The notes beneath the pieces are model-generated. The model searched no databases, had not been told where the DNA came from, and worked only from the letters and a program-made list of their open reading frames with translations. From Rhizaria sp. SCN 62-66 (Eukaryota), in NCBI GenBank assembly GCA_001724265.1, contig MEDY01000085.1, positions 62,001 to 88,868 of the forward strand: a DNA stretch of 26,868 nucleotides, given 5' to 3'. Each line of letters starts with the position of its first letter. Within the stretch, counting starts at the first letter, position 1. The position numbers and the translations under genes were made by a program. Positions 19,174 to 26,868 of the stretch are shown one piece after another.

Positions 19174-22100
19174 TGGGCGGGCTCAGGCCGCCGTCAGCTG
19201 GCCAGTCACAGGGACAAGGGCCCACCGCAGCCGGGACGCCCGTCTTAAGACCCCGCACGACCGGCAGTGTGAGCGCGCTCAGCGGCGGCACCACCGCCGG
19301 CCACGGCGTCGCTCTGGCAGCCCTATCTACTACCGCGTGCCCGCTCACTGGCAATGATGTGGGGCTCGCGTCCTCGTCTTCATCGTCGTCCTCGAGTGCG
19401 CCCCCGCCGCCGCCGCCGCGCCCGTCGCCCGCACTCTTCTCCCCCAGCGAGCTCACGCACGTCTTCTCCACGGTGGCGCACTTGCGCTCCGACCTGCGCA
19501 CCGAGCTTGAGCTGGCGGCCTCGCTCGAGGGCGACCTGGTCCGCCAGGCGCAGGAGCTGCACGAGCAGTTCGCCAAAACCGAGGCCCTGCGCACGCGTCA
19601 CGTGGAGAAGACTAAGGCGTTCCTCGCGCTTAAGACCAACGGCGACCCGCGCAAGGCGTACGAGAAGGCCGTCAAGGTCTCGGCGCTGAGCAAGGAGTTT
19701 ACCCTCGCGCGCTTCGACCTCTTCGCCGAGCTTACGCAGGTGCACGAGGCCGCGGCGTCAGCGCTGCTGTCACCGCTGACGCACCGCTTGGGCTCGCTGA
19801 CGCGCTTCTTCCGTTCCGGCTACGCGCTGCTGGCGCCGCTTGAGGCGCGGACCCAGGCGCTGGCGGCCGTCTCGGCGCAGGCGGCCGCGGCGGCGCGCGC
19901 GCGGGCGGCGCAGCTGGCGTCGATGCGCGAGGCCGTCGTGCTGGCTGCCGACGAGGCTCGCTACGCCACGCTCGCGGCCATGGATCCCACTGGCTCAATG
20001 GCCGCCGCGGCGGGGATGCTGCCCGCGATGCCGCCCACGCTCACTCTCGCCGCGCTGCAGCAGCAGGCGCACGCCGCCCTCGCCGCCACGGCCGTGGCGC
20101 CCGCCGCCGCACCCGCCTCTGCGGCCGCGGTAGGCGCAGCCTCGGCCTCTGCTGCAGCCTCCGCGGCGGCGGGTGCAATGTCGCCCGGCTCGGCGCCCGC
20201 CGCGGACGGCGCGACGCCCCCCGCTGCCGCTTCTGCTGCCGCCTCCGCCGCCGCAGGCGCGGCAGCCGCCGCGGCTTACGAGCTGCCCGAGCCTCTGGCG
20301 CGCGCAGCGGCCGTGCTGAGCGGCGCCGACGCCTTCGCAGTGGTCGCACCCGGCAGCATCCTCCACGCGCTGGCGCCCGCCGCCGCCGCGCTGCCCGCCG
20401 CGCCCGCCGGCTCCCCGCCCGCGCCCCTGACCGCCGCTGCGGCGGCCGCAACGCTCGCCGCTCCGGGTTCTGCGGCGGCGGGTGCTGCCGCGGGAGCGGG
20501 CGGAGCGCTCGTGTCATCTGCGTCGTCGATGCTAGTGACTTCGTCGTCGACGCTGTGCGCGTCCGAGTCATCGCTGCTGACGGCGTCGGCGTCGTCGGCG
20601 TCCTTCGCCGTCTCTGCTTCCGGCTCGGCCGCCGCGGCGGGTGCGCGCTACCGCGATCTCGAGGCGCGCCGCGCGAATAGGCCCACGGCGGTGGAGAAGC
20701 GGGGGTACCTGTACCTGCCGGCGGCGGCGGGGGGCGCGCGCGTGTGGTGCGAGCTGCTCGAGGGCATGCTGCTGATCCAGGACCCCAAGGGCCACGCGCC
20801 GACGGTGCTGCCGATGATCCTATCGACGGTCAAGCACACGCCTAAGGAGGCCAAGCTGCGGTACGGCTTCAGCATCATCACACCCACTGCGACGGTGACG
20901 CTGCAGGCCGACTCGGCTGCCGTCGCGGACGACTGGGTCGACGTCACGCAGAACGCCATCTCCAATGGACTCAAGAAAAACAACGCCAAGGGCGACGGCG
21001 GCGGTGGCGGCGGCGGCGGCAGCGCGGGCGCGGGCGACGGCGGGAGCTACTACGGCGCGCTCGGCGCCGGCGGCAAGGGCAGCAGCTACAACGGCGGCGG
21101 CGGTGGCGGCAACGGCGGCACGGGCGCGGGCGGTGTTGGCGGTGTGCGCGACGTGTTCGGGCTGCCATCTGCTCAGCAGCACGCGTCGGTGCTGAGCGAG
21201 CTGCAGGCCGTCGCGGGCAACGACGCGTGCGCTGACTGCGGCGCCCCGCACCCCGACTGGCTGTCGCTCAACTTGGGCGTCCTCATCTGCCTCGAGTGCT
21301 CGGGCGTGCACCGCTCGCTGGGGGTACACATCTCCAAGGTGCGCTCCGCGACCATGGACAGCATCGAGTGGTTCAACCTGCAGTACCTCCGCGCGCTGGG
21401 CAACGCCACGGCCAACGCCGCCTTCGAGGCCGCGCTGGCGCCCGGCGAGAAGCCCGGCCCCGAGGCCTCGCGCGCAGACAAGGAGGCCTTCATCCGCGCT
21501 AAGTACCACGCCAAGCGCTTTATGCGCGCCCCGCCCAGTGCGCTGCTCGACGCCAACGCCCCCCTGGCCTCTTCCACCGCCAACGGCGGCGGCGGAGAGG
21601 GCGGCGTGCAGATGCAGGCGAACGAGCTCTCGTCGGCGGCGCGGCAGGCGCGCGCAGCGGCGGCGGCGCAACTGTTTGAGGCGATCCACCAGAACGACCT
21701 GGGCGCGCTCTATTGCGCGCTGCATGCGGGCGCAGACCCGCTGTGGGTGTCACCGGAGTCGGACGGCCGGTCCGCGCTGCACGAGGCCGTCATGTACGCG
21801 CTCATCCCCCTCTGTGTCTGCATCCTCTACCACTGCAACACCGGCAGCAACAACAACAACAACAACAACAGCAACAGCAGCAGTGGTGGCGGCGCGGGCG
21901 GCAGCGGCAGCGGCGGCAACTGCGGCTTCGCGGCCCAGGAGCTGCGCGGGTGGACGATTCTCCACTACGCGGCCTACGCCAACTCGCGCCCACTGGTGGA
22001 CCTGTGTCTGGCGTTCGGCGGCGCCGCGCTGGCACTGGTGCGCGACTGTGAACAGCTCACGCCGCTGGCCGTGGCGACCAAGTACAAGCCCGCCGAGTCG

Positions 22101-22253
22101 GAGCAGCAGGGCGACTTCGCGGCCGTCGTCGAGGCCCTCAAGAGCGCCGAGCAGCGCGCGCGCGACAGGGCCACCAAGGCCGAAGCGGCGGCGGTCGCGG
22201 CCGCGGCGGCCACCAAGGCGTCTTTCTCGTCCGCCTCCGGAGGGCACCACTGA
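17973..22253 (+). CDS. ArfGAP with BAR-like coiled coil, PH, ArfGAP and ankyrin repeats (ACAP/centaurin-beta/AGD type), 1426 aa
   Basis: PH domain VEKRGYLYL...FSIITPTATVTLQADSAAVADDWV. ArfGAP zinc finger CADC-x16-CLEC followed by SGVHRSLGVHISKVRS and KEAFIRAKY. Ankyrin motifs DGRSALHEAV, GWTILHYAA, LTPLAVA. N-terminal BAR-like DTPDF...KEFTLARFDL. ATG to TGA in one ORF. Confidence 0.9.
18057..18116 (+). repeat. Perfect (GGCTCT)10 coding hexamer repeat encoding (GS)10
   Basis: Counted directly. Confidence 0.95.
18567..18596 (+). repeat. (AGC)10 coding repeat, poly-Ser
   Basis: Counted directly. Confidence 0.9.
18813..18842 (+). repeat. (AGC)10 coding repeat, poly-Ser
   Basis: Counted directly. 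Confidence 0.9.
19137..19172 (+). repeat. (CAG)12 coding repeat, poly-Gln
   Basis: Counted directly. Confidence 0.92.
21849..21869 (+). repeat. (AAC)7 coding repeat, poly-Asn, between ankyrin repeats
   Basis: Counted directly. Confidence 0.9.
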
Positions 22254-22737
22254 GGAAGTCGCGCCCGGTCGTGAAATAAGTGACTCCAGTGACAGTCAAC
22301 ACACGCGCCGCTCACGGTCCCTTGGCTCACAGTCACTCTGCGACTGCATGCGCACACTCACATATTGCTAAGTTGATCAAGTGATTTACATATACACGTA
22401 TATGATTTGGATTAATAATACATAAACTTTACAGGTTTTCGAATTTGCTCTCTATGTGCTTGCATGTGTATTTTTGTCGTTGATCGTGCCAACTATAACG
22501 TATTGTTGCGTAAATGCATCGTGGCGCTAGCAGTCGTCCAGGTGTTTGAAGAGAAGAGGCATTTTCACGCATCAGACCCAACAAACAAACCGTAAACAAG
22601 CTGCCAAACCTTGTGTGGCCCGCAAAAAGTCGAGATTTCTTCCATATCGGCTCTCATAGTGTGCATTATGTGTCCACGTGGAAACGTACGAATAGTGTGT
22701 TCGCATGAATACGTCCGTGCGTAGCTGTCCTGCCCAT

Positions 22738-23984
22738 TCAAAGCTTCTTGAAGAAGGACGCGATGGACTTAGTCCCAACGGCGCTCTGTGCAAGCTTGGC
22801 GCGCGCGCGGTCGCCCGCCGTCTGCTTCTCCGCGCCCGCGGCGCCCGCGCTCTTGCGCTTCGCCGCCGCGGGGTCCCGCATGATCTCCCGATCCGCTGTG
22901 AGCACGCCGCTCTCGTTCACCGCCGCGCCAGCGCCGCCCGAGGGCGCGGAGATGTCCGCCGCGGCAAACGGCGCGCCGTCGTGCTTGGTGAAGGCCGCCA
23001 GCAACGTCTCGGTCATGGCGGGGGTGAGATACTCGCTTGCGAAGCCTAGAGCGGCCGCAAGCACGCCGGACGCGGCCTCAGACGCGGCACGGCGGCCAGT
23101 GTACGCATCAGTGCTCGTCAGGGCACTGCTGCTGTTACTGTCGCTGGCTTTGGTGCTAGTGGCGGGCGCGAAGGCGGGGAGCGCGGCCATCGCGGCGGCG
23201 GTCTTGGCGACCTTGCGGGTCAGCAGTGCCAGCACCAGCTCGTCGCTCAGCCGCACGGCCGACTCTGCGGTCAACGGCAGCTGCGGCGGCAACGCGGCGC
23301 CGGCGTCCGCGCTGCCGGCGGCGCTTGGCTCGCCGGAGACGGTGCAGACGAGGCGCAGGCGCGCGACGGCGGCGGGCGCGGCGAGGAAGTGGTCAAGCAG
23401 CAGCGGCGTGCATGCGTGGCCCGTCGCGGCGGGCAGGAACACCTGCGCCAGCAGCGCAAAGCGGCCGGGCTCCTCGGCGGTCGGCGCGGCGCGGCCGCGC
23501 GCAGCGGCGAGCCAGGGTAGCGCGAGCAGAAGCGGGTCCACGGGCGTGGCGAGATAGAGCGCCCCGTGGCTCGATACCGAGTTCTCGATGAACCAGCTCG
23601 TGGGGTGAGTCTCCGCGTCCGCGGGCGCAAGCGTGTTGATCTCCAGAAACGCGCCGGGCAGCACCAGCAACTTCACAGTCTTGCCGTAGTGCTTCGGGTG
23701 CGGCCAAGAGATAATCTGGCCGCGCGAGATGGTGCGCGTCGCAGTGTCTTCAGCGTCTACTGATACAGCGGCGCTGGAGGCCTCGCCACGCAGCTGCGCG
23801 CTCACACCGGCGTCTGGAAGAGGGGATGGAAGGCGTCAAGTAAAGGAAATAATAAAGGACAGGATCAAGGCTATGTACGACATGAAGCTAAGATTTCATG
23901 CGACACGGCAGGGATCAAAGCAAGTGCAAACGAGAAGGGAGAAATCGGGGACGTACGCTTGATAAAGAAGACCGTCTGGGGCAT
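22738..23984 (-). CDS. RNASEH2B: Ribonuclease H2 subunit B; exons 23984-23957 and 23813-22738; about 367 aa
   Basis: ISWPHPK...FLEI...SWFIENSVSSHGALYLATPVDPLLLALPWL is the RNase H2B/Ydr279 signature. C-terminal PIP box GTKSIASFF. A 28-nt first exon (MPQTVFFIK) supplies the ATG; TGA stop. Confidence 0.9.
23814..23956 (-). other. Spliceosomal intron (143 nt, phase 1) in RNASEH2B
   Basis: C|GTACGT donor and CTTCCAG|AC acceptor; pyrimidine-rich; in-frame join. Confidence 0.82.
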
Positions 23985-24428
23985 ACTGATCGTGTATAGC
24001 GTTGCAATTACAATAAAAGACTAAACGTACAAATTTACTGCAGTGCAGAAAATAACACTTGTTGAGGAACTATTGTCACTGAGATTTTGACTGCAGAAAA
24101 TATCGCGATTTGGGCGCGGAGCGATGACCAGTCACATTTTTCGGTCCAATCCCAAAGTGACGGGCAGCCTCGTTTGTAACGGACGATTTCGTTGTTTTGG
24201 AGTGATTCAGGGCTGTGGTAGCTTTTGATATAATGTAATTAAGATATATTGTTGTCGTGAAGTTTTGATACTTGGAAACTAAGTGGCATTTCGTACCGCG
24301 GTGTTGTCACTCTGTTTTGTCTCACTTTTCCTTGCGCTGCTTGCTCAAACCTTATTGTTGCCTCAGCGTCCCAAAACACATCAGATTGCACCGCACCGAG
24401 TGGGTACGCGTTTTTTTCCTTCACACAA

Positions 24429-26868
24429 ATGTCGCAACTGGCGCCGGTAGAGTACTACCCCGTCTTTGCGATCATCGACAAGTCGCTCTTGCCGCAGGAG
24501 CTGTCCACCGACATCCTCGCCAACCTGCTCAACAGTGATGATGGCGCTGAGTTCGTCGTCGTGAGCCGCGAGCAAGTCGATGACGTCTCGGGCAAGGACA
24601 AGAAACGCCGCTCCGCCGCGGGCGACACTGCGCGCGGCAAGGGCGCCACGGGCGCGCTGGGCGCCGCAGCCGCGGCGAAGCCCGACGGCGCGAAGAAGCG
24701 TCTCGGTCCCATGGGCAGCAAGGCTGCGGCCGCCGCCGCCGCAGCCGCAGCCGAAGAGGAGAACGAGGAGGAGGCGCTCATCACCGTTAACGACGACATG
24801 CTGGAGCGCATTAAGGAGATTATCCCGCGCGTGCTGGAAGAGAAGGCGACGGAGCTGACTGAGCGCCGCCGCCTGCAGCTCGAGGCTGCCCTCGCAGGCC
24901 CCTCCGGCTCCAACAAGGGCGGCCGCGACAACAGCGCCAACAGCAAGCGCCGCGCCTCCACCGTCGCGGGCCTCTCGGGTGCCGGTGCCGGCGGCAACGC
25001 CTCCGCGCAGCCCGGCGGCGCCGCGGGCGCGCAGGCCCTCGGGAGCGTGCGCTCGTCGTTTTCGCTGTCTGGCCTGCCCGCGCCGCCCGCGTCGTCGGCG
25101 TCCGCGGCCAAGCCCGTCCGGCCCCCGTCCTCGGGCCCGCAGCGGCCGCCCTCAACGGGCAACACGCGCCGCGCCTCAACCGTTGACGGCTCGGCCCCCG
25201 CGTTGCCCTCTTCCGCGGCCGCGGCCGCCGATAGTACCGAGGCGGGGGCGCCGGCGCGGTGTCCTATCTTCGTCGTACTTGAGGACGTGGTTCGTAAAGC
25301 GGGCGATGCGCAGCGCCTGGCGGGTGTGGGGATCGAGCTCGATGCCATCCTTATTCTCCGCGTCGAAAACACCGCGGGTGTGCCCGTGTACTTCGCCTCC
25401 CAGGCTGACGCACGCGAGTACGGACAGGGCTACCTCTCCTCGCGCCCGCGCTCCAACATTGGCAACGGGCCCTCCGCCGCCGCGCTCACAGCCGCGGCCG
25501 CTGCGCCCGGCACCGCTGGCTCCGCTGCCGCTGTCGGCGCAATGCCGGGCTCCGCGAGCGCAACGCCCGTGCTGGGCGGCCGCTCCGTGTCGCCCTCCCC
25601 CGCGCTCGGCGCTGCTGCTGCTGCGGCCGGCGGTTCCGCCTCGGGCCTCGGCCCCAACTCGCCCTCCTCTTCCGCTGCCGCTGCCGCAGGTGCCGGCGCG
25701 TCGCGCGACGGCGCCGGGAGCGCGCTTGGCGGCCGCCGCTCCGCCGCGCGCACGCCGTTGTCGGGCGCGCGGGGCCTCTCGCGCGGCGCCGGCGCCGGCG
25801 CGGGCGCGGGCGCTGCGGGCGCGGGGCGCGCGGGGCCGGGTTCCGCGGGCGACGACGACGGGCTCGGTCTCGGACTGGGCTTCTACCCCGGCTCCGGCGC
25901 CGCGGGCGCGGGCGGCGCGGGCTCGGGCTCGGGCTCGCGCGCGGTGGCGGCGCCGTCGGCAACGCCCGGCGTGGCCGTGGTGTCCATGTCCACAGGCGCC
26001 GCCGCGGCCGCGCTGTTCCACATCCAGGATGCCGCACTGGCCGCCGAGGACTTCGCCACCTTCCCGGACCTGCCTGGCGAGTTGGCCGTGCTGCTGTCGG
26101 TCGACACGCGCTTCACCAACCTCGCGTGCCTTTTCGTGCCAGTCAAGCAGCCGCTCGCCGAGCCCGCGCCTCTGCCGCCCGCACGCGGGCGCGCCGCCGC
26201 TGCCGCAGCAGCCGCAGCCAATACCGCGGCCGCGGCCGCCGTCGCTGGCGCCACAGGCGGCGCCGGCGCGTCCGCCGCATCTGGCCGCCTTGGCGCCCCC
26301 GCTGGCGCCGCCTCTGCCGCCGCGGGCGCGTCGCTGTCGTCGCCGCCCGGCCGCGGCCCCCGGTCCGCGCTGGGCGCCGCCGGAGCCGAGGAAACGCTGC
26401 CTCTGACTGGTGCGGCCTCGCGCCGACGCGCCGACGCCGCGGCTGCCGCTGCCGCCGCCGCGGCCGCCGCCGCCGCGACGGCCGTGGACCCCCTCGCGCC
26501 GCAGTCGCTGGACGCGGCCACGGTGGCACGCCACGCGGCGACCGAGGTGCGGCTGTCGCTGCGCGGACTTGCCGCCGCCAAGGCGCAGTTCCAGGCCTGG
26601 GCCGCCAACGTACCCGTGACCGAGTTCCCCATTGCACCCGTCTCCGCGGCCTCTGCCGCCACAACGGCCGGCGACGCGCAGGACGGCGCGGCGGCGGCGG
26701 CGGACCGGCGGCTGTACGCGCACCTGCTGGACCGCGTGCCGGGCGCGCTATGCTCGGTCCCTGTGCTCGTAACGGCCATGTTCCACCACGTCGCCGCCGC
26801 GCACCTTGTCGAGACGGCCGCCGCCGCGGGCGCACTGCCGCCCACCTTCGGGCTGCCGGGCGGCGCCG
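24429..26868 (+). CDS. SPAG17: SPAG17/PF6-like axonemal central-pair protein, 5' part; continues beyond the window
   Basis: ATG at 24429 (MSQLAPVEYYPVFAIID...). The frame is open to the window edge and so is absent from the ORF track. DRRLYAHLLDRVPGALCSVPVLVTAMFHHV resembles the recalled SPAG17 block D.RYY..LL..IP.E.ISVPLILHCMLEQV and is preceded by PIFVVLED...GIELDAIL and AQFQAW. Coding status is firm; the identity rests mainly on one motif. Confidence 0.6.
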   Translation, partial: MSQLAPVEYYPVFAIIDKSLLPQELSTDILANLLNSDDGAEFVVVSREQVDDVSGKDKKRRSAAGDTARGKGATGALGAAAAAKPDGAKKRLGPMGSKAAAAAAAAAAEEENEEEALITVNDDMLERIKEIIPRVLEEKATELTERRRLQLEAALAGPSGSNKGGRDNSANSKRRASTVAGLSGAGAGGNASAQPGGAAGAQALGSVRSSFSLSGLPAPPASSASAAKPVRPPSSGPQRPPSTGNTRRASTVDGSAPALPSSAAAAADSTEAGAPARCPIFVVLEDVVRKAGDAQRLAGVGIELDAILILRVENTAGVPVYFASQADAREYGQGYLSSRPRSNIGNGPSAAALTAAAAAPGTAGSAAAVGAMPGSASATPVLGGRSVSPSPALGAAAAAAGGSASGLGPNSPSSSAAAAAGAGASRDGAGSALGGRRSAARTPLSGARGLSRGAGAGAGAGAAGAGRAGPGSAGDDDGLGLGLGFYPGSGAAGAGGAGSGSGSRAVAAPSATPGVAVVSMSTGAAAAALFHIQDAALAAEDFATFPDLPGELAVLLSVDTRFTNLACLFVPVKQPLAEPAPLPPARGRAAAAAAAAANTAAAAAVAGATGGAGASAASGRLGAPAGAASAAAGASLSSPPGRGPRSALGAAGAEETLPLTGAASRRRADAAAAAAAAAAAAAATAVDPLAPQSLDAATVARHAATEVRLSLRGLAAAKAQFQAWAANVPVTEFPIAPVSAASAATTAGDAQDGAAAAADRRLYAHLLDRVPGALCSVPVLVTAMFHHVAAAHLVETAAAAGALPPTFGLPGGA

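Noticed and set aside
24100-24120. E2F-like TTTGGGCGCGG and TCGCGA palindrome upstream of RNASEH2B
   Set aside because: Imperfect match to TTTSSCGC, single copy, easily by chance.
24979-26845. ORFs 24979..26406 (+) and 25176..26723 or 25883..26845 (-) as genes
   Set aside because: Off-frame or antisense shadows of the real frame starting at 24429.
1-26868. A functional gene cluster linking the eight genes
   Set aside because: The products belong to unrelated processes (cilia, ribosome or DNA quality control, membrane fission, mitosis, trafficking, ribonucleotide repair). No shared pathway is supportable.

Overview
This is gene-dense nuclear DNA from a eukaryote, most likely a flagellated protist; the lineage cannot be fixed from the sequence alone. 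It has GC-rich exons, AT-rich GT-AG introns of 143-211 nt and many Ala/Gly/Ser/Gln low-complexity tracts. Eight protein-coding loci alternate strictly in strand, forming four head-to-head pairs: TTC12-like TPR gene (-, runs off the left edge) / ASCC2 (+); WDR54-like (-) / Drp1-type dynamin-related GTPase (+, 5 exons); CDC20 (-) / ACAP-type BAR-PH-ArfGAP-ANK (+); RNASEH2B (-) / SPAG17(PF6)-like (+, runs off the right edge). The most striking observation is that the TTC12-like frame stays open from 2787 to the window edge except for two in-frame TAG codons (1822-1820 and 1426-1424), with no TAA, TGA or frameshift, while all six complete genes end in TAA or TGA. This fits UAG reassignment or readthrough, but a young pseudogene or unrecognised splicing is not excluded. 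The CDC20 copy lacks a visible C-box and has paired MSA-like CCAACGGCT elements upstream. All family calls come from remembered motif similarity, not database searches. I recognised no rRNA, tRNA, CRISPR array or mobile element.
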